A stretch of 64,000 nt of DNA from Candidatus Cloacimonadales bacterium (GTDB taxonomy: Bacteria > Cloacimonadota > Cloacimonadia > Cloacimonadales > JAIOQZ01), in the NCBI GenBank assembly GCA_942492065.1, contig CALODV010000005.1:36621-100620 (forward strand). The letters are read 5' to 3'. Each line of letters opens with the position of its first letter. Within the stretch, counting starts at the first letter, position 1. A program made the translations under genes and the position numbers. A model generated the notes under the pieces. That model made no database searches and was not told where the DNA came from. It worked only from the letters and a program-made list of their open reading frames with translations. Of the stretch, positions 26,894 through 35,970 are shown piece after piece.

Positions 26894-29800
26894 TTATTCT
26901 TTTGTAAGCTTTCTCAGGTTTTCTATCATCTCGGTTTTAAGGAGATTTACAGGTATTACCTGATCAGATACTTCCTTAACCTGTTCAAGCTCATCAATCA
27001 GTTTCGGTTTGTTTACACAACAACAGCACTGGTGATGATACAGAACTTTCGCTTGCTCTGCCCAGTATTCTTCTGTGTTAACAGCGTCTTCCAGAATACC
27101 TGCGTTACGGAACATATTGATTGTGTTCAGCATAATCGGTGATTTCTTAGGATTGCTGTAAGAAACAAGTCGGCAGTCATCGGAAATTGCTGTACCTGTG
27201 ATTTCCAGGTATGAAGCCTGAGGAACTGCCATGTCTGCATCAACACTATTATGCGTGTTAACCTGCATAACAAATCCGGAGTTCTTGATAGCTTTCCACT
27301 GCTCATCTGTCGGTGTTTCTCCATACAGAATTACAAAATCAGCTTTTTCAGCAGGAACAGCTTCCACGCCTCTTCTTAAGAGACCTTTTCTGTTAGCCCA
27401 CTCAGTAGAATTGATAATACCTGAACCATCTGAGAAATCACATACATTCGCTGCTTTCTTCCAGATCTCATAAGCTGTCTTTTCATCAACTGAATGACGG
27501 CTGTAAATGAACAGAGTCTTAGCAGGAAGCTCTTCTTTCTCAAATTCTCCCCAGGTTGCAAACTGATCGTCAGCGAAATTGTTGAAGTTAATATCCGGTG
27601 CATCCACAACAATGAGTCTGGCACCTTTACGCTGGTTCTGTCTTGCTTTTGTTCTGAGAAGCGGAGCAACTTCACCAACCAGCACCATAACTTCTGCCTG
27701 TGCAATCTCTTCGTACTTCTTAACAGGGCAAGCGTCAATACCATCTGAGAAGTCTGTAAGCAGGGAAAGTGATTCGAGTTTTGCCCCGATCTTTTCCGCT
27801 ACGGCATTCATGAGAACAACTTCTTCGTTGGTTACATCGGCAGACATGTATATTTTCTTTGATTTCGCATCTTTAAGCTTTGCTTTGATTGTATCGGCAG
27901 CTTCTTCCCAGGAGATTGTTTTTCCGTTTTTCTCAGGTTTGAGAAGTTTTTCACCATTCTCAAAAATCTGCCATCCGAATCTGTCTTCAAAGGCAAGGTC
28001 TCTGCCGTTAAATCCTGATTCTATTGCAGGTTCAATCATGGTTACGGAATCAGTATTTACACTAACACTGATTGACGCACCAAGTCCGGAAATACCTGAG
28101 TTCTGAACAACTTTTCCACCTGTTCTCGGCTGCATCTTGTAGTTAACATTCTTTTCTGTAAGAGCACCTACAGGGCAGACTGTTATACATTTACCACAGC
28201 TTTCGCAGGTTGTTTTTGTGAGGCTTTCGCCGAATTCAGGAGCAACAATACTGGTGAATCCACGGTACATATAACCGAGAACACCGGCTCCCTGAACTTC
28301 GGAACAGATTCTTACACAGCGACCGCACTTGATACATTTGTTGGCATCTCTGAGGATGAACGGATGAGTTGTATCGATCGGGTGTCTGTTCTTGTCACCG
28401 ATAAATCTGGTAAAGTCAATTCCGTATTCTGTAGAGTACTCTCTGAGCACACATGTTTCGTTAACCTGGCAGCCGCACTCAAGGCATCTGTTAGCTTCCT
28501 TGATAGCTTCTTCATCGCAGAATCCGGTTTCAACTTCCTTGAAGTTGGTAACTCTGTCTTCCGGCTCAAGCTCCGGCATCTTAGCACGAGGTATCTTTTC
28601 GAAATGCTCGTATTCTTCCGCAGCAACTTCTTTGAGTTTTTTAGCTTTTTTGGAATCGAACTTCCAGTTGTTAACTTCTATTTCTTCCCCTTGCAGGAAT
28701 CTGTCGATTGTTTCGGAGGCAAGTCTACCGTCTGCAATAGCTTCAATAGCTGTAGCAGGACCTCTTCTGAAGTCACCGCCTGCAAACAGGTTATCCATAC
28801 CGGAGTACATTGTGTTTTCGTCTGTTTCCAGAGTGCTCCAGCGTGTGAGTGGAAGCGGTTTACCATCTACAAAGTTTTTCTCGTCAGCCAGGAATGTTAC
28901 TTCAGGAATCTGAGAGATAGCCGGGATTACAGTATCGAATTCTTCTTCGAATGTCTCACCTGTAGGAACAGGTCTTCTTCTACCGCTTGCATCAGGTTCA
29001 CCAAGCTCCATTTTTTCCAGAACAAGCTTTTTCAGCTTACCGTTTTCACCGACAAACTCAGTTGGATTTGTCAGCATATAGAATTTGATTCCTTCTTCAT
29101 CGGAAGCATCAACTTCGAATTCTTCGGCAGGCATTTCTTTTCTGGTTCTTCTGTATATAATTGTAACGTCTGCACCAAGTCTCTTTGAGGTTCTGGCACA
29201 GTCAACAGCAGTGTTACCGCCACCGACGATTGCTACTTTCTTACCAATATCCTGTTTTTCTCCAAGTGCATGAGCTCTGAGGAAATCCACCCCAAGGATA
29301 ACGCCTTTCAGGTCGCCGCCTTTTACTCTCATAGGAACAGCATTCTGGGCTCCGATTGCCAGATAAACAGCATCGTAGTCTTTACACAGGTCAGCAAGGT
29401 GAATATCTTTACCTATTTCCACACCTGTTTTAATTTCCATTCCGTTCTTGCACATGAGATCGATTTCCATATCCAGAATCTCTTTTGGTAGTCTGTATTC
29501 AGGAATACCATACCTTAACCAGCCGCCTGCTTTGGGTGCTGATTCGAATACAGTCACATCGTAACCGTCATTGGAAAGATAGAATCCACAGGTAAGCCCT
29601 GAAGGTCCACCACCGATGATAGCAACTTTCTTGTCTTTCTTCTCAGCTTTTTCCGGTACGTAAGTCCAGTGATCATTCAGATCGAAGTCTGCAGCGTGTC
29701 TCTTGAGCTGACGAATTGCTATCGGCTCATCAACGATTGTTCGGCGGCATTCTTCTTCACAGAAAGCAGGGCATACACGACCAATTGACAATGGCATAGG

Positions 29801-30205
29801 CAGTCTTTCTTTGATTACCTTCACAGCTTCGTGATATTGTCCGTTGGCAATGAATGCAATGTAAGACTGAATATCTACCTGATCCGGGCAGGCTATTTTA
29901 CAAGGAGCTTCACAGTCCGCATAGTGATCGGAAAGGAGCAGTTCCAAAGCCATTTTTCTTGCTTTATGCACTTGTTCCGTGTCAGTCTGGATTTCCATAC
30001 CGTCATAGATTCTGGTTCCGCAGGCAGTAACAAATCCGCGAGCACCTTTAACTTCAACGGCACAGACCCAGCATGATCCGTAAGGATTCAGTTCTTCATC
30101 GTGACATAATGTCGGGATTCTGACTCCATGTTCTTCAGCCAGTTCGAGAATAGTCTTTCCGGCTTCTGTTTTTATATCAATTCCATTAAGTTTTACGTTT
30201 ATCAT
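26894..30205 (-). CDS. [2Fe-2S]/GltD(NfnL)-like FAD-NADPH domain/NuoG-like Fe-S fusion with degenerate molybdopterin-type domain (StnC-like)
   Basis: N-terminal [2Fe-2S] Cys set; CEAPC..ACP and GRVCP.FCE..C clusters; GGGPSG; GGGNTAVD..YRR; CIKCGRCVRIC and CESCGKCITVCP. No H-cluster motifs and no catalytic Cys/Sec. Confidence 0.85.
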   Translation of the reverse strand: MINVKLNGIDIKTEAGKTILELAEEHGVRIPTLCHDEELNPYGSCWVCAVEVKGARGFVTACGTRIYDGMEIQTDTEQVHKARKMALELLLSDHYADCEAPCKIACPDQVDIQSYIAFIANGQYHEAVKVIKERLPMPLSIGRVCPAFCEEECRRTIVDEPIAIRQLKRHAADFDLNDHWTYVPEKAEKKDKKVAIIGGGPSGLTCGFYLSNDGYDVTVFESAPKAGGWLRYGIPEYRLPKEILDMEIDLMCKNGMEIKTGVEIGKDIHLADLCKDYDAVYLAIGAQNAVPMRVKGGDLKGVILGVDFLRAHALGEKQDIGKKVAIVGGGNTAVDCARTSKRLGADVTIIYRRTRKEMPAEEFEVDASDEEGIKFYMLTNPTEFVGENGKLKKLVLEKMELGEPDASGRRRPVPTGETFEEEFDTVIPAISQIPEVTFLADEKNFVDGKPLPLTRWSTLETDENTMYSGMDNLFAGGDFRRGPATAIEAIADGRLASETIDRFLQGEEIEVNNWKFDSKKAKKLKEVAAEEYEHFEKIPRAKMPELEPEDRVTNFKEVETGFCDEEAIKEANRCLECGCQVNETCVLREYSTEYGIDFTRFIGDKNRHPIDTTHPFILRDANKCIKCGRCVRICSEVQGAGVLGYMYRGFTSIVAPEFGESLTKTTCESCGKCITVCPVGALTEKNVNYKMQPRTGGKVVQNSGISGLGASISVSVNTDSVTMIEPAIESGFNGRDLAFEDRFGWQIFENGEKLLKPEKNGKTISWEEAADTIKAKLKDAKSKKIYMSADVTNEEVVLMNAVAEKIGAKLESLSLLTDFSDGIDACPVKKYEEIAQAEVMVLVGEVAPLLRTKARQNQRKGARLIVVDAPDINFNNFADDQFATWGEFEKEELPAKTLFIYSRHSVDEKTAYEIWKKAANVCDFSDGSGIINSTEWANRKGLLRRGVEAVPAEKADFVILYGETPTDEQWKAIKNSGFVMQVNTHNSVDADMAVPQASYLEITGTAISDDCRLVSYSNPKKSPIMLNTINMFRNAGILEDAVNTEEYWAEQAKVLYHHQCCCCVNKPKLIDELEQVKEVSDQVIPVNLLKTEMIENLRKLTKE

Positions 30206-30214
30206 TTCGCTCTC

Positions 30215-31969
30215 CTAACCTTTAGTAATTGCGTTGAAACGGCAGGCATCAACACATGCACCACATTTAATACATTTTTCAGGGTCAATAACATGTACTT
30301 CTTTAACGTCGCCTGAGATAGCATCCACAGGACATTGTCTCTTACAAGCTGTACATCCGATACATTTTTCAGGGTCAATCTCATATTTGATGAGTGCTGT
30401 ACATGAACCGGCAGGACATTTCTTATCCTGAATATGCGCAATATATTCGTGTTTAAAGTATCTGAGGGTTGTCAGAACAGGATTAGGAGCTGTCTGACCG
30501 AGTCCGCAGAGTGATGTTTTAATAATCTGTTCGGATAATTCTTCGAGAAGATCGATATCTTCCATTTTTCCTTTACCTTCTGTGATTCTGGTGAGAATCT
30601 CAAGCATTCTCTTTGTTCCCACACGACAGAAAGTACATTTACCGCATGATTCGTTCTGGGTAAAATTCAGGAAGAACTTGGCAATGTCAACCATACATGT
30701 GGTTTCATCCATAACAACCATACCGCCGGAACCCATGATAGCACCGGTTTTGGTGATAGAATCGTAGTCCACGAGAGTATCGATCAGTTCTTTAGGAACA
30801 CAACCGCCGGAAGGACCACCAAGCTGAACAGCCTTGAACGGACTATCTGAGACCATACCACCGCCCACATCGTAAATAACTTCACGAAGCGGAGTACCCA
30901 TAGGCACTTCGATAAGACCGGATCGTTTGATTTTTCCTGCGAGAGCAAATACTTTTGTACCCTTACTCTTTTCTGTTCCGAGAGCGGCGTATTTGTCGGC
31001 ACCGTTGAGGATAATCCATGCAATATTAGCATAAGTTTCCACATTGTTGATATTGGTTGGTTTTCCCCAGAGACCAGATTGAGCAGGGAACGGAGGTCTT
31101 ATTCTCGGCATACCTCTTTTACCTTCGATAGAAGCCATCAGAGCGGTTTCTTCACCACATACGAAAGCTCCCGCACCTTCTTTAATGTGCAGATCAAAGT
31201 TAAAATCTGTTCCGAAAACGTTGTTACCGAGGAATCCTTTTTCTTCAGCATCAGCAATAGCTTTTTTGAGGTGTTTTATTGCCAACGGGTATTCGGCACG
31301 GCAATAGATGTAACCTTCGTCAGCTCCCACAGCATAAGCACAGATTGCCATACCTTCGAGGATACTGTGAGGGTCACCTTCGAGAACTGATCTGTCCATG
31401 AATGCACCAGGGTCACCTTCATCCGCGTTACAGACAACGTATTTCTTGTCACTTTTTTCGACATAAGCGAACTTCCATTTGAGTCCGGTAGAAAATCCTG
31501 CCCCACCGCGTCCACGCAGACCGGAGGTTTTTATTTCTTCAATAATTTCTTCTCTCGACATTTCTTTGAGAGCTTTTTCCAGACCTTTATATCCTTCTCT
31601 TTCGAGATAATCGTCTAAAGATTCAGGATCAATAATACCTGTGTTTCTCAGCACGATTCTGTTTTGTTTTCCAATTGTTTCTGTCTCAGGTGCTTCCCAT
31701 TTTTTAACTGATTCCAGATCAGCTTTCAGGAGTGCATCAAGAAGTTCCGGAACAACCTCAGCTTCAACGTTACCATAGGTCTTGGCAAAGCTTCCGTTTT
31801 CCGCTTCTACGAGTGGTTCCCAGGAACACATTCCGATACATGCTGTTTTTTCAATATTTATATCTAAATTCTTATCATCTTTGTATTGCTTTATCGCCTG
31901 ATATACTGCATCTGCTCCTGCAGCAATACCACAGCTTCCCAAGCCGATCTTAATATTTAACTGACTCAA
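30215..31969 (-). CDS. NuoF/HydB-like FMN/NADH-binding Fe-S subunit (StnB-like)
   Basis: GLRGRGGAGF, CNADEGDPG, YVCGEET-like FVCGEET, ESCGKCTFCRVG, SLCGLG and C-terminal 2x[4Fe-4S]. Confidence 0.92.
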   Translation of the reverse strand: MSQLNIKIGLGSCGIAAGADAVYQAIKQYKDDKNLDINIEKTACIGMCSWEPLVEAENGSFAKTYGNVEAEVVPELLDALLKADLESVKKWEAPETETIGKQNRIVLRNTGIIDPESLDDYLEREGYKGLEKALKEMSREEIIEEIKTSGLRGRGGAGFSTGLKWKFAYVEKSDKKYVVCNADEGDPGAFMDRSVLEGDPHSILEGMAICAYAVGADEGYIYCRAEYPLAIKHLKKAIADAEEKGFLGNNVFGTDFNFDLHIKEGAGAFVCGEETALMASIEGKRGMPRIRPPFPAQSGLWGKPTNINNVETYANIAWIILNGADKYAALGTEKSKGTKVFALAGKIKRSGLIEVPMGTPLREVIYDVGGGMVSDSPFKAVQLGGPSGGCVPKELIDTLVDYDSITKTGAIMGSGGMVVMDETTCMVDIAKFFLNFTQNESCGKCTFCRVGTKRMLEILTRITEGKGKMEDIDLLEELSEQIIKTSLCGLGQTAPNPVLTTLRYFKHEYIAHIQDKKCPAGSCTALIKYEIDPEKCIGCTACKRQCPVDAISGDVKEVHVIDPEKCIKCGACVDACRFNAITKG

Positions 31970-31989
31970 AGTATCCTCCTTAATTTTGA

Positions 31990-32451
31990 TTAGTCATACT
32001 TCTTAAGTACATCAGCAACAGCATCAGTAGTGAGTTTTCCGTGAGTTGTGGAATCTACCATAATAACAGGAGCCAGGCTGCAGCAGCCAAGGCAGGCAAC
32101 TTCCATTACTGTGAACAATCCGTCTTGAGTTGTGTCTTCGCTTCCGGTAAGCTTGAGCTCAGTTCGGATACGGTCAAGAAGCGGATTTGCTCCCGACACA
32201 TGACATGCCGTTCCTTTGCATACCCTAATAACATGCTTACCCTGAGGACGCAGTCTGAACATGGTGTAGAATGTGGCAACACCATAAATCTGCGCTAGAT
32301 TCACTTTTGTTTGATGAGATACGTATCTCATCGATTCTTTAGACAGATATCCTTCCAATTGCTGGACTTCCTGAAGCAGAGGAATCAAACTTCCTTTTTT
32401 TCCGGAATATTTACTTATTATAGAATCAAGTTCCGGTCTGTTTTGAATCAT
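31990..32451 (-). CDS. NuoE/HydC-like [2Fe-2S] subunit (StnA-like)
   Basis: GVATFY, VCKGTACH and ACLGCCSLAPV motifs. Confidence 0.92.
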   Translation of the reverse strand: MIQNRPELDSIISKYSGKKGSLIPLLQEVQQLEGYLSKESMRYVSHQTKVNLAQIYGVATFYTMFRLRPQGKHVIRVCKGTACHVSGANPLLDRIRTELKLTGSEDTTQDGLFTVMEVACLGCCSLAPVIMVDSTTHGKLTTDAVADVLKKYD

Positions 32452-32807
32452 GTGTCAGTCTCTCCTTACGTTTATTTCTTTATCTTAGCTTGGTGGGCAT
32501 TTAAAGACTTTTTATGTTTATTAAACTGGTAAGATTCGATAGTTTTAAATCATTTCGTCAAATCTTTTTTCTTGGATTTTATTTCATTATGCAAATTGTA
32601 TGTATGACTAATCGTACTAACTGCTAAAATGTTTACAGATAGAGAGTTTGTGAGGTAAGACTAACAAAATCCCCTCATAGATCTAATGCCTTTGTCATAC
32701 TCTTCCATTGTTGTAGAATTTAGTGTGTTGTTAGACACTTCGCATCCATCGAGATTGGATGAATGGATTTCTATAGCGAAAAAGTTAAGGATTAAGGTTC
32801 ATCTTCT

Positions 32808-33530
32808 CTAATACAACGCAAAATAAACCAGCAATACAGAGATCATACTGAACAGGGTTCCCAGCATATAGTACTCAGTAAAAGGTCTGTTATCTGTAAA
32901 CTCATCAAAGCGGATGATTGTTTTTGCTGTAAATATCAAACCGACTGCTGTATACTGATTGTTTATCAAGAATATAAGTACCAGAAGCCTCTCCAGATTA
33001 CCGATCAACTTGCCTACTTCTTTAGAATTACCATTATTCTCCTGTTGTGAATATGGATTTTCGTGACTAAAGAACTTTATGAACACAGTATTAATCGGAC
33101 GGAATATGATCATAACAACAACTGCAATTCGTATGTGTTTAAACAAAAAGATATGGTTAAAGAAATCATGTTTGATAATCAATTCATTATATTCAGCTCC
33201 CTCAAAAATCCTACTCAAAATCAATATACAAACAGTTAAACTAAGCTGTTCAAGGACAAAGTACTTTTTCGTTGTATTCTCTCCAGATTGTACTTTTTTA
33301 ATGATGAGATTCATCAAGTTCAAAGCTGATAGAATAAACAGCCCCCAAAAGACTGCTTTTGTACTGAATACCAGAAAAATCACAATAGCTGATACAAGCA
33401 TTCTTCCTGTTAACTTCATGTAAGATATTCGATTTTCAGATGAAAGTTCTCTATATCCCTTTTCCAGATAATAGCCTGTCAGAACATAGTAAAATAACAA
33501 AATAATCATTAAATCATAGTTCATTTTCAC
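32808..33530 (-). CDS. DUF3307-like multi-TM protein
   Basis: C-terminal GKLIGNLERLL..AKTIIRF...EYYMLGTLFS signature; overlaps the satD stop. Confidence 0.7.
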   Translation of the reverse strand: MKMNYDLMIILLFYYVLTGYYLEKGYRELSSENRISYMKLTGRMLVSAIVIFLVFSTKAVFWGLFILSALNLMNLIIKKVQSGENTTKKYFVLEQLSLTVCILILSRIFEGAEYNELIIKHDFFNHIFLFKHIRIAVVVMIIFRPINTVFIKFFSHENPYSQQENNGNSKEVGKLIGNLERLLVLIFLINNQYTAVGLIFTAKTIIRFDEFTDNRPFTEYYMLGTLFSMISVLLVYFALY

Positions 33531-34191
33531 ACCCCTTAAGATATATCATTGTTTCCTTAAATACCTCTTTATGTTGTTTATATTTGTAATAATCTGAGAA
33601 AGATAATCTCCTTTGCAGGCTGGACTGATTTATTTTCAGCATTTCAGCAGCTTCATTCTGATTACGGGCATTGAACTCCATAATTTTTACGGCCTCTCTT
33701 TGCTTTTCAGTCCAATTGCTCTCAATCGATGATATAGCAATCAGGATTGAATTAAGCAGATTATTCAGGATTTCTATATCCTTTCTTTGGGAATCAACTT
33801 TGATCATAATATTGCTGTATGCCGATTTATTCGAATAAGACAGCTGCTTTATCCCCATCAGTGATTCTCTTGCCATGTAATAAGCTGGACCGTCCGCGCC
33901 GATAGCCATTTCCGGGTTAATCCCTGTGGATATTTCTCCTATACCAATCCCAACCCTAAGCTTCACAGGATGAAGTGCAAATTGTATCTCACTCATAATA
34001 TCAAGTATTCTGCTGCCATCTCTAAGCAACCCCTGAAACTCATCACCGATTGTGATAAGGAACTTAGCTGCTATCACAGATTCATATTTAGTGTTGATTC
34101 TCTTCAATTCTTTATCCAGAGCAGCCTGAACAGCTTTTCTGTCATCCAGATTCCGTGATTTAACAATATCCGATATTATAGCGTAATACAT
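33514..34191 (-). CDS. satD: SatD family protein (palm-like N-domain + C-terminal HTH)
   Basis: YAIISDIVKSR, ITIGDEFQGLL, VGIGIGEI, DGPAYYMAR, WTEKQ..NQNEAAEMLKINQSSLQRRL. ATG at 34191 has an AGGTGG RBS. Confidence 0.85.
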   Translation of the reverse strand: MYYAIISDIVKSRNLDDRKAVQAALDKELKRINTKYESVIAAKFLITIGDEFQGLLRDGSRILDIMSEIQFALHPVKLRVGIGIGEISTGINPEMAIGADGPAYYMARESLMGIKQLSYSNKSAYSNIMIKVDSQRKDIEILNNLLNSILIAISSIESNWTEKQREAVKIMEFNARNQNEAAEMLKINQSSLQRRLSFSDYYKYKQHKEVFKETMIYLKGCENEL

Positions 34192-34206
34192 GAGCCACCT
34201 CTTTAG

Positions 34207-34263
34207 ATTATGCATATTATTATTTTATGTATTTTTTTATGCATAATATATATTTATGTATAA
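34207..34263. promoter_or_regulatory. Tandem putative operator repeats upstream of satD
   Basis: TTATGCATA at 34208 and 34237; TTATGTAT at 34225 and 34254 (29-bp period). They lie between a minus-strand TTGACA (34283-34278) and the RBS. Confidence 0.45.
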
Positions 34264-34369
34264 TATCTTACATTAATTGTCAAGAAGAAAATATTTGATT
34301 GGAAAGGATTAGAAAGTTGCTAGAGTAAAGATGCTTTGTTTTGAGTAATTCAAAACTCTAATGTGTAGA

Positions 34370-34861
34370 TCATGTCAAGACCACCATTGCGGTTTCTCTG
34401 GATGTATTTCTTCGAAAACATCTACGGGTCTGCTTCGCTGACCATGCGCAAAGGCTTTTCCCTGTTACCTTCGCAATGGTTGCAAACCTTGCGAATGGTG
34501 ATTCCAATAAATCAAAACAACATAATGAATCCGTTAGTATTTTCCTTTCCAGAAAGTCTTTAACACTCCCAAAATGCTCTATATAGAAATCTTTGTTTAT
34601 AAATGAATCATTCAACAAGTAATTTATAGATGAATACTGCAATTGCTTTTCAGTTTCAGGATTTTCATGTATATAGTCAATTATCTTTAATAAATAATCT
34701 ACGTTATCAATTAGTCTGGATTTCACTCTACCTTCGAGTAAAGTGCCAGATCTGCAATGTCGTTTGTTAAAATACTGCGAATAGCTATTGAAAATCCACT
34801 TTAAACAGTATGATAGAGGTTTGCCTTCTGTCTGTTTCACAAGAAAATGATAATTAACACG
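34370..34861 (-). pseudogene. 5'-truncated REP-associated tyrosine (RAYT/IS200-like Y1 HUH) transposase
   Basis: The frame reads RVNYHFLVKQ...YFNKRHCRSGTLLEGRVKSRLID..YIHENP. The N-terminal ~50 aa and the first HUH His are missing, there is an in-frame TGA at 34864-34862, and the 3' end runs into REP repeats. Confidence 0.8.
34467..34500. repeat. Family A REP doublet at the 3' side of the RAYT remnant
   Basis: accttcgcaatggt-tgcaa-accttgcgaatggtg. Confidence 0.8.
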
Positions 34862-34868
34862 TCAAGTC

Positions 34869-34904
34869 CACCATTGCGAAGGTCCAGAGACCATTCGCAA
34901 GGTT
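34869..34904. repeat. Family A REP doublet at the 5' side of the RAYT remnant (opposite orientation)
   Basis: caccattgcgaaggt-ccaga-gaccattcgcaaggtt. Confidence 0.8.
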
Positions 34905-34911
34905 ATAACTT

Positions 34912-35961
34912 CTATCCTATCACACCACCACCAATAAGTCTGTCATCACGGTAGAACACTGCGGATTGCCCGGGTGTTATTGCACTTACGGGATTAACCA
35001 GCTTCACATCCAGTCTGCCGGTTTCCGCATCATAACTCAGGGATTCCACTTCTACTGCACGGCTGTTATAGCGAATCTGCACCATCAGGTCTTCTGCTCT
35101 GAACTCAGTATCAAACCAGTTTACAGTATGAGCAGAGAATGTATCGTCCATCAGCAGATCACGGTTTTCCGTAACCCACACAGTGTTTGTCTCAGCATCC
35201 AGCTTGTACACGTACAGCGGAGCTCTCCAGGCTATATCAAGCCCTTTGCGCTGACCTATTGTATACAGGATTATCCCGTTGTGTCGTCCCAGCACCTCTC
35301 CGGTATCGAGTTTTATGTCACCGGCTATAAATTCTACTCTATCCCTCAAAAAGTCTTTGTAATGCCCTTTAATAAAGCAGTTATCCTGGCTTTCCTTGTT
35401 TTTGCTTATGTGCAGACTGTTTTCTTCTGCCAGATCTCGGACAAACTCCTTGTCTACGGATTCCAGCGGGAAAATCAGCCTACTGAGCTGTTCAGGAGAA
35501 AGCCTCCAGAGCATATAACTCTGGTCTTTACGTTTATGATCACTGCGTTCTATATAGATTCTATCGTTGTCATTAATCAATTTTGCATAGTGTCCGGTAG
35601 CCATTTTATCATATCCGGCTTTTACAACCGCATCCATAAACAGCCCGAACTTGATTGTCGGATTGCACAAAGCACATGTATTAGGGGTTCTGGCACATTT
35701 GTATTCTTCAATAAAGTTACCCACAACAATCTGTTCGAACTCTTTCTCAAGATGCACAACATGGTGCTCAATTCCGAGAGTCTCACAAACTCTTGCGGCA
35801 TCTTCCACCGCCTTGACAGAGCCCTCATGCTCTCCAAAACCGTATGCTTCATTGTCAAACTGCTGCATGGTAAAACCGGCAACCTCATGTCCTTGTTCCA
35901 TCAGCATAATTGCTGCTGCAGAACTGTCCAGTCCACCGCTCATTGCAATCCCGATTTTCAT
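34912..35961 (-). CDS. mnmA: tRNA 2-thiouridine(34) synthase
   Basis: SGGLDSS, PNTCALCN..IKFG, ATGHYA, KDQSYML, SQDNCF and TPGQSAVFY motifs. Confidence 0.96.
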   Translation of the reverse strand: MKIGIAMSGGLDSSAAAIMLMEQGHEVAGFTMQQFDNEAYGFGEHEGSVKAVEDAARVCETLGIEHHVVHLEKEFEQIVVGNFIEEYKCARTPNTCALCNPTIKFGLFMDAVVKAGYDKMATGHYAKLINDNDRIYIERSDHKRKDQSYMLWRLSPEQLSRLIFPLESVDKEFVRDLAEENSLHISKNKESQDNCFIKGHYKDFLRDRVEFIAGDIKLDTGEVLGRHNGIILYTIGQRKGLDIAWRAPLYVYKLDAETNTVWVTENRDLLMDDTFSAHTVNWFDTEFRAEDLMVQIRYNSRAVEVESLSYDAETGRLDVKLVNPVSAITPGQSAVFYRDDRLIGGGVIG

Positions 35962-35970
35962 TGTATTCTC

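Noticed and set aside
28364-29188. 274-aa and 173-aa plus-strand ORFs
   Set aside because: Antisense shadows of the StnC-like gene.
26894-30205. Possible [FeFe]-hydrogenase or formate dehydrogenase catalytic subunit
   Set aside because: No H-cluster motifs, no catalytic Cys/Sec, and the proximal Fe-S cysteines of the molybdopterin-type domain are missing.
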